Origin: Gemmatimonadales bacterium
GTDB lineage: Bacteria; Gemmatimonadota; Gemmatimonadetes; Gemmatimonadales; GWC2-71-9
Assembly (NCBI GenBank): GCA_037189525.1
Contig: JBBCJC010000002.1
Span: forward strand, 352,001-416,000
Direction of reading: 5' to 3'
DNA: 64,000 nucleotides
In this document: positions 1-10,109 of the stretch, piece by piece
How positions within the stretch are numbered: the stretch's first letter is position 1
Layout: each line of letters starts with the position of its first letter
Translations under genes and position numbers: made by a program
Notes under the pieces: generated by a model
The model's database searches: none
The model's input: only the letters and a program-made list of their open reading frames with translations
Told to the model about the DNA's origin: nothing

Positions 1-200
1 TCGCGTTCGAGACCGGGCACCCGTGACGCTTGGCGCGCAATCGGAGCGTAGAGCGCAATGCCGAGTACCAGGATGACGCCCACCGCAATCACCCCGGCGA
101 TGACGGCCCGGAATGCCACCGCCGACAGGCGGTATGTCGTGGACGTGAGGTCGCCATCGCGAACGACGCTGACCGTCACCCCACGGCGGGGCCCCTTCAT
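1..200 (-). CDS. 5' part of a membrane-anchored protein, probably an M23-family peptidase (runs off the window)
   Basis: ATG at 200 overlaps the parB stop (ATGA). Translates [57 protein letters not shown]..., with one TM helix. The family is inferred only from position and N-terminal style. Confidence 0.6.
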   Translation of the reverse strand, partial: MKGPRRGVTVSVVRDGDLTSTTYRLSAVAFRAVIAGVIAVGVILVLGIALYAPIARQASRVPGLER

Positions 201-1084
201 CCGCCGAACGGCTCGCCCAGAATCTTTTCGAGCACCCGTGCGAGATCGTCGTTGGAGAAGTAACTGATGGTGACGAAGCCGCGCCCTTTGCGTCGGGCGG
301 TGACCCGGACCTCGGTCTGCAGTCGATCCCGCAGCACTTCCTCGACGCGTCGCGTCTCGGCCGACTGGGTTCGTTCCGGCGTCTTGGTGGTTCGCTTCCG
401 CCCGCCCGGCACCTCGCCGCGCACCCGGCTTTCGAGGTCGCGCACCGACCAGCCGCCTTGGACCGCCGCCTGGCCCAGGCGGGCCATCTGGCGCTCGTCC
501 GCCAGGCCAAGCAGGGCGCGGGCGTGACCTTCGCTGAGCACCTTGCGCTGCACCAGCGCCTGAATCTCGGCCGGCAATTTGAGGAGACGGAGCGAGTTGG
601 CAATGGTGGCCCGGTTCTTCCCCACCAAGCGCGCGATCTCGGCCTGGCCCAGATCAAACTCACGAACCAGTCGTTCGTAGCCCACCGCTTCGTCGATCGC
701 GGAGAGATCGTCGCGCTGGAGGTTCTCGATCAGCGCCAGCGTGAGGAGGGCCTGGTTGTCGACCTCCTTCACCACCGCGGGCACCTTCTGCCAACCGAGC
801 CGCTGCACCGCGCGCCATCGCCGCTCACCGGCAATCAATTCAAAGCGGCCGCCGGGTTTCGAGCGAACCACGATCGGCTGCAGGAGCCCCGAGGCATCGA
901 TCGAATCGGAGAGTTCCTGAATGGCTTCCGGCGTGAAGATCCGGCGGGGCTGGTAGGGATTGGGCTCGATCACGCCGACGGGCAATTCGCGCAGCGCGCC
1001 CTCCGCCTGCGCTTCTTCTTTCGAGATCGGGCCGAGCAGGGCCTCGAGCCCGCGACCCAGACGACGACCTGGCGTTTCGCTCAT
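197..1084 (-). CDS. parB: Chromosome partitioning protein ParB/Spo0J
   Basis: [10 protein letters not shown]-terminus, [34 protein letters not shown]; coupled to parA. Confidence 0.97.
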   Translation of the reverse strand: MSETPGRRLGRGLEALLGPISKEEAQAEGALRELPVGVIEPNPYQPRRIFTPEAIQELSDSIDASGLLQPIVVRSKPGGRFELIAGERRWRAVQRLGWQKVPAVVKEVDNQALLTLALIENLQRDDLSAIDEAVGYERLVREFDLGQAEIARLVGKNRATIANSLRLLKLPAEIQALVQRKVLSEGHARALLGLADERQMARLGQAAVQGGWSVRDLESRVRGEVPGGRKRTTKTPERTQSAETRRVEEVLRDRLQTEVRVTARRKGRGFVTISYFSNDDLARVLEKILGEPFGG

Positions 1085-1875
1085 ACGTCCTCCCGAGCGC
1101 CCGCCGCGCCACGCGCGCGTTTGAGCAGCTCCTGCGCAACGGCGAGATAACTCTTCGCACCAACCGACTGCACGTCGTACATCAGAATGGGTTTACCGAA
1201 GCTGGGGGCCTCCGCGAGACGGACATTCCGCGGAATCACGGTCTTGAACATCTTGGCGCCGAAGTACTCTTTCGCCTCGTCGGCGACCTGGCGGCACAGA
1301 TTGAGGCGCGCATCGTACATGGTGAGCAACACCCCTTCGATCGCCAGGTCCGGATTGAAGTTCTGCTGGACCAGGCGGACCGTGTTGAGCAGCTGCGAGA
1401 TTCCTTCGAGCGCGTAGTACTCGCACTGGATCGGGATCAGCACGCCGTCCGCCGCGGTCAGCACGTTGAGGGTGATCAGTCCGAGCGACGGCGGACAGTC
1501 GATCAGGACAAAATCGAAGTCATCCGCTACCTGCGCAAGCGCGCCGCGCAACCGGGTTTCCCGCCGCGGCAGGCCAACCAACTCCAATTCGGCGCCTACC
1601 AGTTCCTGGTTCGACGGGATGGTCGCGAGATAGGGGAGTTCGCCGTCGCGCACGATCGCATCGATTGCGGGCCGCTCCTCGACCAGGAGGTCATACAGGG
1701 AGGGCCGATCGGCGTTTTTGTCGAGGCCGACGCCGCTGGTGGCGTTGGCCTGCGGATCGGCATCGATCAGGAGCGTCCGCTGCTCAGCAATCGCAAGAGA
1801 GGCCGCGAGATTGACCGCCGTGGTCGTCTTGCCGACGCCACCTTTTTGGTTCGCGACCGCGATGATCCGCGCCAT
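1081..1875 (-). CDS. parA: Chromosome partitioning ATPase ParA/Soj
   Basis: Deviant Walker [43 protein letters not shown]. Confidence 0.97.
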   Translation of the reverse strand: MARIIAVANQKGGVGKTTTAVNLAASLAIAEQRTLLIDADPQANATSGVGLDKNADRPSLYDLLVEERPAIDAIVRDGELPYLATIPSNQELVGAELELVGLPRRETRLRGALAQVADDFDFVLIDCPPSLGLITLNVLTAADGVLIPIQCEYYALEGISQLLNTVRLVQQNFNPDLAIEGVLLTMYDARLNLCRQVADEAKEYFGAKMFKTVIPRNVRLAEAPSFGKPILMYDVQSVGAKSYLAVAQELLKRARGAAGAREDV

Positions 1876-2875
1876 AAACCTCTCAAGTTGTTGCCATTAA
1901 ACGACTTACAGGACAACCCACCAAACAGGCACCCCACGGGGGACACCGAATATACGCCGCACCTGGCAATCCGTAAATGCAGCAGGCGCACGAAGTTCCG
2001 TCAGGTGGGTTCTTCAGAACGCGGCATCACCAAAGGCCGTGTATTCAGAGCACAGGCAACCACGATGAAGACATACACCTGCATCCGCATTCCTGTTGAT
2101 AGCACCGAAGGCCCGCGATTACCCCGATCACCATCCCCATCCACCCCGGATCGACGTGAGCGAAGGATACCCCTGCCCTCTGCGGGTTAGAGGCGGCACG
2201 TCTTTAGAGTGATTGGCCTCTGGGCGCCGTATATCGACAATGAGCAATACGAATGACCCCAACAGCACATGGGTCCAGCACAAGGACTCAAGGCGCTGAA
2301 CGGTACCAACCTCATGCCAGCGTTGAACTAGACGGCACTCAGGAATCGGGGTCATCTACGACGTGAAGGGACATCCTAGTCAATGCAGACACCGGTGCAC
2401 GAGCTCGGCGTATCGGACGGAACGACGATCCCCACAGCACATCTCGCCTCCAGATCAACTGGCGACCTTAGCAAACACGGAGTGGGTTCGCTCTTACCTT
2501 GAGAGGCGAACGGAGAGAACGCGCCGTCACGCGTGTCTTCTACACTAAAAGCGGTAAACGTCGTAGCGCGACGTATGGGGGGGGAACGAAAGAACCTTCA
2601 TTACGACGCCATTGGATGTAAGGGACAGGGGTTTCGATTTTCTCAGCCCAGAGAGAGTGAGAGACCACGGGGAAAAGGGCAACGACCATACACGAAAGCA
2701 CCAACGCCCTTCCGACATCTACCAAATCGACACCTCTCCCGTGGCTAACCGGCTTCGGCCCTGTTCTACCATTACCAAGATCCAGGCACGTACTCCGAAC
2801 CACACGGTTCGGTCGGGATAGCAGGTCGCCTCGATTCCGGCACGAAACAACCAGGCCTACCCGACGTAGCCGATC

Positions 2876-2891
2876 TGTTTCACGTGAAACA
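2876..2891. promoter_or_regulatory. parS centromere site (perfect)
   Basis: TGTTTCACGTGAAACA, the canonical 16-bp palindrome. Confidence 0.95.
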
Positions 2892-2935
2892 TCCGATATC
2901 CAGATGGCGTCCCCAGGACGGAAAGCGGGATCGCG

Positions 2936-2951
2936 TGTTTCACGTGAAGCA
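2936..2951. promoter_or_regulatory. parS site (1 mismatch)
   Basis: TGTTTCACGTGAAGCA. Confidence 0.85.
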
Positions 2952-3224
2952 GCTTCGGAAGAACCGGCCAACGAGCGTCGCACCTCAGAAGTGCCCCCCC
3001 ATGAGTCGACTATCGCTTGTTAGTCGATCAGGATGCCCACCCAATACTTCTGACCAAGCCGGCACAACTTGGTCCTGTCTCCTGAGACCAGCGCCGCGAG
3101 TTCGCTGTTCAACGAGCGATCAGAGTGGGATGGAAGCCTGGATTCTGGCGTGGGAACGGGAATGGAGGACCATGGAGAACTGAACAGTCAGCGGGGACCT
3201 GTAGGACTGAGTTGGCTGACTTGG

Positions 3225-3240
3225 TGTTTCACGTGAAACC
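3225..3240. promoter_or_regulatory. parS site (1 mismatch)
   Basis: TGTTTCACGTGAAACC. Confidence 0.88.
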
Positions 3241-3294
3241 TTCGCCTGCCGGTTTACCGGAGAAAGTGAACCGATCATATGAGATCGGGGGATT

Positions 3295-5154
3295 CTACGA
3301 GCTCCTACGACGCTTCGTCACCTCCATCGCTACGGAATGAAGGTCGCTCGGAGAAATACCAGGAATCCGCGACGCCTGCCCCAGCGTCGAAGGGCGCCGA
3401 TCCGAAAGTTTTTCCCTGGCCTCAAAGGAAACCGAGGCAAAGGCCCGGTACTCGATGTCGTCCGGAAGCTCGAACGACTCGAGTTCCGAAAGCTTGCTCG
3501 CCATCTCGCGCTCCCGCTCGAGATAGCCACCGTACCGGAGCTCGATCTGGGCCCACTCGGCCTCATCGGCGTCATGCTGCACGCCCGCGAGCGCCAGAAG
3601 CTCCACCAGCGGCACCCCGGGACGCTTGACCAAATCAGAAATCCTCGTTGCCTCCGTGATCGTCCGCTCACCAATTCCGGCAAGGACTGAATTTGCTCCA
3701 TCAGGCTGAACGTTCGTTGCCATCGCACTGGCCAGCACTCGCTCTTCCGCTTCGAGCCTGCTCTCAGCCCCGCGACGCTCCTCGTCCGTCAGCAGCCCCA
3801 GCCGAGTCGCCACAGGCAAGAGCCGACGAAGCGCATTGTCCTGTCGGAGCAGCAGCCGGAACTCCGATCGGGAGGTGAAGAGCCGGTACGGTTCATCGAC
3901 GCCGCGGGTGACGAGATCGTCGACCAGCACCCCGATGAACCCGTCCTGCCGGCCAAAGGTCACCGGGTCGCGATCGAGGGAGTACAGACCGGCATTGAGA
4001 CCCGCGACGATTCCCTGGCCTGCCGCCTCCTCGTACCCCGTTGTTCCGTTGATCTGTCCCGCAAAGTAGAGCCCCGCGATCGACCGCACCGCCAGGGTCC
4101 GATCGAGCTGGGTCGGCGGGTAGTAGTCGTACTCGATCGCGTAGCCCGGCCGGGTCATCTCCACCCGCTCGAGGCCCCGGATGCTGCGCAGAAACTCGAG
4201 CTGGACCGGCGCCGGCAACGAGGTCGAGAGCCCGTTGACATACATCTCGTGCGTGTCGTGCCCCTCGGGCTCGAGAAAGACCTGATGCCGAGCGGCGTCG
4301 GGAAAGCGCTGGATCTTGTCCTCGATCGAGGGACAGTACCGCGGCCCCCGGCCGCTGATCGCCCCGCCGTAGAGGGCCGACTGCATCAGCTGCGCAGTGA
4401 TGATCTCCTTGAGCCGGTCACCGGTATGCGCCAGATAGCACGGCAGCTGTGCAGGATGCGGGTGCCGGACATGATACGAAAACCAGTACGGCGCCCGATC
4501 GCTGTCCTGTCGCTCGAAGGCGCTCAGGTCGATCGAACGACCGTCGATCCGGGGAGGCGTCCCCGTTTTGAAGCGTTCGACCGTAAGTCCATGATCCTCA
4601 ATGTCTTGCGCAACGTCTACCGCGGGCGGTTCCCCCGCCCTTCCGGCCGGAATCTGGGTCTCGAGACCCATGAAGATCCGGCCCCTGAGAAAGGTGCCCG
4701 CCGTCAGAACGACCGCCCGGGCCCGATACTCGCGCCCATCGGTGGTGACCACACCCGTCACCCGGTCGCGCACCACCAGCAGGCGCGCCACCGTCCCCTG
4801 GGCAAACCGCAAACCGGGCAGCCGCTCGAGCTCGCTCCGCACCGCGCGCCGATAGAGGCCCCGGTCGCATTGCGCCCGAGGCGACCAGACCGCCGGCCCC
4901 TTCGACTTGTTGAGCATCCGGAACTGGATCCGCGCCCGGTCGGTTGCCCGGCCCATCACCCCGCCCAGCGCGTCGACCTCACGAACCACCGTTCCCTTGG
5001 CGATCCCGCCGATGGCCGGATTACATGACATCTGGCCGATGGTCTCGAGATTCTGGGTCAGCAGGAGCGTCCTGGCACCCAGGCGCGCCGCCATCGCAGC
5101 CGCCTCGGCCCCAGCATGCCCACCGCCGATCACCAGAACGTCGAACGTATCCAT
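3295..5154 (-). CDS. mnmG: tRNA uridine 5-carboxymethylaminomethyl modification enzyme MnmG (GidA)
   Basis: GGGHAG FAD motif, MSCNPAIGG, GPRYCPSIEDK, AGQINGTTGYEEAAGQG. Confidence 0.97.
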   Translation of the reverse strand: MDTFDVLVIGGGHAGAEAAAMAARLGARTLLLTQNLETIGQMSCNPAIGGIAKGTVVREVDALGGVMGRATDRARIQFRMLNKSKGPAVWSPRAQCDRGLYRRAVRSELERLPGLRFAQGTVARLLVVRDRVTGVVTTDGREYRARAVVLTAGTFLRGRIFMGLETQIPAGRAGEPPAVDVAQDIEDHGLTVERFKTGTPPRIDGRSIDLSAFERQDSDRAPYWFSYHVRHPHPAQLPCYLAHTGDRLKEIITAQLMQSALYGGAISGRGPRYCPSIEDKIQRFPDAARHQVFLEPEGHDTHEMYVNGLSTSLPAPVQLEFLRSIRGLERVEMTRPGYAIEYDYYPPTQLDRTLAVRSIAGLYFAGQINGTTGYEEAAGQGIVAGLNAGLYSLDRDPVTFGRQDGFIGVLVDDLVTRGVDEPYRLFTSRSEFRLLLRQDNALRRLLPVATRLGLLTDEERRGAESRLEAEERVLASAMATNVQPDGANSVLAGIGERTITEATRISDLVKRPGVPLVELLALAGVQHDADEAEWAQIELRYGGYLEREREMASKLSELESFELPDDIEYRAFASVSFEAREKLSDRRPSTLGQASRIPGISPSDLHSVAMEVTKRRRSS

Positions 5155-5159
5155 CCGGG

Positions 5160-5198
5160 AAAAACTAGGGGCGCCCTCCCAAAACAGAAGGGCGCCCC
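5160..5198 (-). terminator. Intrinsic terminator-like hairpin after the hydrolase gene
   Basis: GGGGCGCCCT...AGGGCGCCCC stem followed on the - strand by TAGTTTTT. Confidence 0.6.
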
Positions 5199-5246
5199 CC
5201 GAATTGTCCGGATCCCGGTCGCAACCGGCCAGCCGTGCTCAGATCA

Positions 5247-6836
5247 TCAGCTGGCAGGCTTGATCAGCCGTTTGGCCAGCCAGTCCGCCACCAGGCCTAA
5301 CGTCTCCTTGTCGACCGCAAATGACGGCAGCTGAGTATACCGGCCCGGGAAGCCGTCCGGATCATAGACGAAGAGGTGATTCAAGTTCGGGAGGATCTTC
5401 GCCGTGACATCGCGATTGCCCGCTTCCTTGAATGCCTTCTCGAGCAGCGGCACGTGATCGACCGTCACCTGCTGATCCGTTGCCCCGTTCAAAATCAGCA
5501 CCGGCGTCGTGACCTTGCGCGCGGTCGCACTCGGATCGTACTCGATGAAGTATCGCATCCACGGCGACGTCGCCGCTGCGGAGTCGATGATCGCGGATAC
5601 GCCCGCGAGCGCCGAATCGCGTCGCGCCGGCGTCAGTGACGTGTCGTTCTTGATGTTGTTCGACAACTGGAAGGTCAGGATCGACCGCCCCTCGTACGCC
5701 GTACCCGCGAGCAGCACGATCCCGGCCAACGCCGGTTCCTCCGCTGCAACCTTGGGCGCAATGAGCCCGCCCTCGCTGTGACCAACCAGCGCCAGCTTGG
5801 TCGGATCGATCTCCGGCCGGGTCCGAAGGTACGCAAGCCCAGCCTGGATGTCCTTTGCGAAGTCGGCGGAGGTCGACGTAGCTGCATTGCCGCCCGACCC
5901 GCCATAGCCCCGGTCATCCATCCGCAACACCGCAATGCCCCGGCGGCCCAGCGTATCCGCAATTTCGCGGAAGAGCTGATAACCCTTGAACAACGCGATC
6001 GCTTCATCCCGATCCTGCGACCCCGAGCCCGTGATAGTGACGATGGCCGGTACCCGGGCCCGCGCACTCGCTCCCTTGGGAATCGTGATCGTCCCAGCCA
6101 GCGTATGCCCCATTGGCGTAGGAATCACGATGTCTTCCGCCGTATACGGTGCACCCGCCGGCGCCGAATAGTCCGGCTTCTCCACCGCGAGCTGACTGGC
6201 CTGCGCCCGAACCCGTTCAATGGTCAGACGTTGCACCGGGATGTTCCCGCCCAGGATCCGCCCCTGCGGATCGACTCGGAGTCGCACGTCGCCGCCGGCC
6301 ATCGAAACCAACACCGAATCCGCACCCTGCCGCTTGACCGTGATCGGGAGCGTCTGGCCGCCCGCCACCATGAACCCCGGATACTCGGCCGAGTCGGTGG
6401 CCGCACGCCGAAAGCGCTCGAGTATCAGCTCGAAGAGCGAGAACGTCGGGTTGACCAGCGGGAGCGCCCCGGCCCGGGTGGCGAGCCGTTGCTGTTGCTT
6501 CTGCTCGCCCGACGCCAGGTCCGCAATGACCGAGTCGCCCTGGAAGGTGAGCACGGCAGTCTGGCGGGCGGGCGCGTCCGCCGCATCGGTGGCACTCCAC
6601 GCCCGGTTGGTCAGCGTCCGGACCGAACCATCCGCACCCAGGACGGCCGACAGCCCGAAGCGAACGCCCATTGCCTTGACCAGCACATCCGCGTCCACGC
6701 CCTTTGCAGTCCGGGTGAACTGCTCGACGGCAATCGTGTCGGAACCGCTCCGAAGCACGAAGGCATCGCGCTGGGCCGCGACCGGCGACGCCGCTACCAC
6801 GAACAACAGAGCACTGCAGAGAAAACGTGTCGACAC
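5247..6836 (-). CDS. Secreted alpha/beta-fold hydrolase (peptidase S9/S15-like)
   Basis: Signal peptide (…SPVAAQ), GHSEGG nucleophile elbow, D-x-Q-V and LNHLF triad residues; GTG start after GAGGA. Confidence 0.85.
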   Translation of the reverse strand: MSTRFLCSALLFVVAASPVAAQRDAFVLRSGSDTIAVEQFTRTAKGVDADVLVKAMGVRFGLSAVLGADGSVRTLTNRAWSATDAADAPARQTAVLTFQGDSVIADLASGEQKQQQRLATRAGALPLVNPTFSLFELILERFRRAATDSAEYPGFMVAGGQTLPITVKRQGADSVLVSMAGGDVRLRVDPQGRILGGNIPVQRLTIERVRAQASQLAVEKPDYSAPAGAPYTAEDIVIPTPMGHTLAGTITIPKGASARARVPAIVTITGSGSQDRDEAIALFKGYQLFREIADTLGRRGIAVLRMDDRGYGGSGGNAATSTSADFAKDIQAGLAYLRTRPEIDPTKLALVGHSEGGLIAPKVAAEEPALAGIVLLAGTAYEGRSILTFQLSNNIKNDTSLTPARRDSALAGVSAIIDSAAATSPWMRYFIEYDPSATARKVTTPVLILNGATDQQVTVDHVPLLEKAFKEAGNRDVTAKILPNLNHLFVYDPDGFPGRYTQLPSFAVDKETLGLVADWLAKRLIKPAS

Positions 6837-6934
6837 GGCCCCATCCTCAGAATGACGTGAACAGCATCCGGATGAGGGGCCGCCGAGATCGACGAACCCC
6901 TGCACCGGTATCTCCTGCCTTGCCTAGCCCTGCA

Positions 6935-8251
6935 TCAAGCCGTCCGGATCCAGCGCCACATATCCTTGAGCGACGCCTGCTTGCCGTACATCAGGATGCC
7001 GACCCGATAGATCCGGGACGTCAGCCACACGATCAGGACCAGCCCCGCCACCATCGCGAGGATGTAGAGCAAGAGCTCCGGCAGCGGAATCCGCGCAATC
7101 GAATACCGCACCGGTACCACGAACGGCGCCAGCGGCGGAATCAGGCTCGCCACCTGCGCATAGGTGCTGGTCGGATCACGCAGCAACGCAAAGCCGCTGA
7201 ACCAGCCGGCCAGGGTCAGGACGACCACCGGGGTCTGCAGCTGCTGCGCTTCCTGTACCGTGTTGACCATCGAACCGATCGCGGCGTACGCCGACGAGTA
7301 GAACAGGAAACCCAGCACGAAGAAGAGCAGGAAGACGACGATGAGCATCGGATCCATCGACGGGAGCATCGACGCCATCCCGCCACCGGAAGCCGCGCTC
7401 ACGCCGAAGAGTCCCACGATCTGCGCCTGATATTTCTGGAAGACGAAGAGCGCGCTGACCCAGATCCCCAGCTGCAGCAGGCTGACGAGACCGACACCGA
7501 GCACCTTGCCCAGCATCATCTGGAAGGGGGTCAAACTCGACACCAGCACTTCGACGATCCGATTCGACTTCTCCTCGATCACCGAGGTCATGACCTGGGT
7601 GCCGTAGAGCACCAGCGCCATGTACAGGATGATGCCCATGGCATACGCGAGGATGAAGGTCGAAGCGCCGCTCTCTTCCGTCAGCCGGCCTTCCGTCACC
7701 TTCCGGGTCTCGAGGTTGACGGGCGTCGAGGCCTTCATCGCCACGCCGGGATCGACCCCGACGGCGCTGAGCCGCTCCGACACCAGGACCGGCGTCAGGT
7801 TGGTGCGCAGCTCGCGCATGTCCTCCATGCTGCCGACGTTTTTACCGAAGTACCGGAGCTTCCCGGTCGTCACGGCGCCTTCATCGAGGATCAGCAGCCC
7901 GTCCAACGCGTTGGCATTCTGCTTTTTGGACACGCCGGTGAGCGGCACCAGTGAGTCGACCACGTCCTGGACCCGGCCAGAGGCCGCAATCCGGATCGGG
8001 GCGTAGGTCGCCTCCTGGGACTGCCGGTTCTGCGCCGCAGCCAGGACCTGCTCGACGCGCGCTCCGAAGTCGCCGGGCGCGCCGTCGACGACGACGATGC
8101 GCTGGCCACTGCTCTGCCGAGTCAGGATCAGCGACGGCAGGATGGCGAGGGCGCCGAAAAACACCGGCCCCAGAATCGTACCGAGAATGAACGCCTTGGT
8201 CCGGACCCGCTCCACGAACTCCCGGCGTACGACAGCGAGAATCTTTCCCAT
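6935..8251 (-). CDS. ABC-2 type exporter permease (NatB/YhaP-like)
   Basis: SVIEEKSNRIVEVLVSS, MLGKVLG, multiple TM helices. Confidence 0.92.
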   Translation of the reverse strand: MGKILAVVRREFVERVRTKAFILGTILGPVFFGALAILPSLILTRQSSGQRIVVVDGAPGDFGARVEQVLAAAQNRQSQEATYAPIRIAASGRVQDVVDSLVPLTGVSKKQNANALDGLLILDEGAVTTGKLRYFGKNVGSMEDMRELRTNLTPVLVSERLSAVGVDPGVAMKASTPVNLETRKVTEGRLTEESGASTFILAYAMGIILYMALVLYGTQVMTSVIEEKSNRIVEVLVSSLTPFQMMLGKVLGVGLVSLLQLGIWVSALFVFQKYQAQIVGLFGVSAASGGGMASMLPSMDPMLIVVFLLFFVLGFLFYSSAYAAIGSMVNTVQEAQQLQTPVVVLTLAGWFSGFALLRDPTSTYAQVASLIPPLAPFVVPVRYSIARIPLPELLLYILAMVAGLVLIVWLTSRIYRVGILMYGKQASLKDMWRWIRTA

Positions 8252-8260
8252 ATCGATTCC

Positions 8261-9214
8261 TCAGCTTTCCTCGGTAACGGCGTAGGGACGGGCGCCATCG
8301 GCCCCGACTTTGGCGATGAAGATGGATTGCAGCGACGCCTCGGCGACCTCGAACCGGGAAAGCCCCACCCCGGCCCGCACCAGCTCGGCGAGCAGCGCAT
8401 CGGGATCTCCACCCGGCGCCAGCTCGACTTCGGCGCTTGCCCCCCGATCTTCGACCCGGCCCACCAACCGCCGGTCGGCCAGCACCGGCGCTGCCCGATC
8501 GCCATCCCGGCTGAAGGTCAGGTTGACGTGCTTGCCGCCGAACTCACGCTTGATCTCGGCCAGACCGCCATCGACCACTTTCTTTCCGTGCGCGATGATG
8601 GCAATCCGGTCGCACATCTGTTCCGCGTGCTCCATGATGTGGGTCGAGAAGAGCACCGTCCGTCCCGTCCGCGCGACCTCCACGACCACCTCTCGCATCA
8701 CCCGGCTGTTGACGGGATCGAGGCCGCTGAACGGCTCGTCCAGAATCACCAGCTCGGGATCGTGGAGCAGGGTGCCGATGAACTGGACCTTCTGCTGCAT
8801 GCCCTTCGACAGATCTTCGACCTTTTTATTGGTCCAGTCCGACAGATCCAGCCGCCGGAGCCACTCGACCGCCTTGTCCCGTCCGGCGCGGCGCGACAGC
8901 CCCTTGGTTTCCGCCAGGAAGATCAGGTGATCGAGCACCTTCATCTTCTTGTAGAGTCCACGCTCCTCGGGCAGGAATCCGATCCGACCCGATTGATCCC
9001 GGGCGCCCGCCTTACTGCCGAACAGGTCGACTCGACCTTCGTCCGGAACGATGATGTTCATGATCATCCGGATGGTCGTACTCTTCCCCGCGCCATTCGG
9101 ACCCAGCAAACCGAAGATCCCGCCCCTCGGTATGCTGAGCGAAAGGTCCTGAACCGCCACATGACCGGAGAACCGTTTGGTCACTCCGTTGACGGAAATC
9201 ACCGTCTCGGCCAT
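8261..9214 (-). CDS. ABC exporter ATP-binding protein (NatA/YhaQ-like)
   Basis: GPNGAGKST, LSKGMQQ, LDEPFSGLD; start trimmed to MAETVIS. Confidence 0.93.
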   Translation of the reverse strand: MAETVISVNGVTKRFSGHVAVQDLSLSIPRGGIFGLLGPNGAGKSTTIRMIMNIIVPDEGRVDLFGSKAGARDQSGRIGFLPEERGLYKKMKVLDHLIFLAETKGLSRRAGRDKAVEWLRRLDLSDWTNKKVEDLSKGMQQKVQFIGTLLHDPELVILDEPFSGLDPVNSRVMREVVVEVARTGRTVLFSTHIMEHAEQMCDRIAIIAHGKKVVDGGLAEIKREFGGKHVNLTFSRDGDRAAPVLADRRLVGRVEDRGASAEVELAPGGDPDALLAELVRAGVGLSRFEVAEASLQSIFIAKVGADGARPYAVTEES

Positions 9215-9248
9215 CGACCCGTCCTTCCCTGATAGGGTTCCAACCACA

Positions 9249-9482
9249 CTACGCACTCGTCACATCGCCATGATCCCCCGGCGGTCCGTTGCCGTTGGGG
9301 TCGAAGATTGCCTCGATCGGATGCCCGAAGACCCGGGCGATCCCGAACGCGAGCGGCAGACTCGGGTCGTACTTCCCGGTCTCGATCGCGTTGACGGTCT
9401 GGCGCGAGACGCCGAGCCGTTCCGCCAGCTCCGCTTGCGACCAGCCCCGCTCGGCGCGCAATACCCGGAGTCGATTGATCAC
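9249..9482 (-). CDS. XRE-family helix-turn-helix regulator
   Basis: NRLRVLRAERGWSQAELAERLGVSRQTVNAIETGKYDPSLPLAF; GTG start overlaps the upstream stop. Confidence 0.92.
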   Translation of the reverse strand: MINRLRVLRAERGWSQAELAERLGVSRQTVNAIETGKYDPSLPLAFGIARVFGHPIEAIFDPNGNGPPGDHGDVTSA

Positions 9483-9877
9483 CGGTACTTGCGCCGCACG
9501 GCCAGGAATCCGAGATACCAGAACCCGAACATGCCAAGCCACACATAAGGAAAAGCGTCGGTCACCCGGAAATCGGGGAGGACCCCGAGCCGCGCCAGCA
9601 TGCCATAGGACATCACCGCAATCCCGGTGAGCGCGAACTGCACCATCAGCGCCTCGAGATGAATCATCCGCTCCAACTCGTCGATCTCCTTGAGCCAGCG
9701 GCTGATCCCCAAGTACCAGAACACGAGTGGGATGTTCGGGACGAGACCCGCGACCGCCCGCAACTCGCGCGGGATGAGCCCGGCCCGGCCGAGCATGGCC
9801 ACGGCCGTGATCAGCACCGCCGAAAGCACCGCGAAACCGATCGTTCGGACCGCGAAATCGGTGTTACGCCTGGTCAT
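9479..9877 (-). CDS. Small 4-TM membrane protein, first gene of the XRE/ABC operon
   Basis: Hydrophobic helices with a DELER motif, as in XRE-associated membrane proteins; GAGGAG RBS. Confidence 0.8.
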   Translation of the reverse strand: MTRRNTDFAVRTIGFAVLSAVLITAVAMLGRAGLIPRELRAVAGLVPNIPLVFWYLGISRWLKEIDELERMIHLEALMVQFALTGIAVMSYGMLARLGVLPDFRVTDAFPYVWLGMFGFWYLGFLAVRRKYR

Positions 9878-9902
9878 GCCGAACCCGAGCCTCTCCTCGA
9901 GA

Positions 9903-9956
9903 CGTAAAGGATCATTTACGATGTGTCAATTTTACTTGACACATCACATCGCGCAA
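9903..9956 (-). promoter_or_regulatory. Sigma70 promoter overlapped by two palindromic operators
   Basis: TTGCGC-N16-TAAAAT; palindromes GATGTGTCAA-N6-TTGACACATC (9920-9945) and CGTAAA-N6-TTTACG (9903-9920). Confidence 0.75.
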
Positions 9957-10109
9957 TACCCGCCGACAACCAACATTAGTAGTTGCTATTCATACTTCTA
10001 TAGAATCAGAAGGGATCGAAGGGGCGAGCGGGTCAGGGTACCGAAGGCGGGAGGAGATGGAGGGAACATCGGCCTGCCCTTCTCAGGACAGACCGATGCA
10101 AACGACACT

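Noticed and set aside
2876..2951. Two 16-bp repeats 60 bp apart as a mini-CRISPR
   Set aside because: The repeats are parS palindromes, too short and too few, and no cas genes are present.
1846..3340. Short ORFs in the parA-mnmG spacer, including a possible rsmG remnant
   Set aside because: No methyltransferase motif, no GC3 bias and no convincing RBS.
6837..6882. Hairpin covering the hydrolase RBS as a riboswitch
   Set aside because: GC-rich pairing only; no recognisable aptamer motif.
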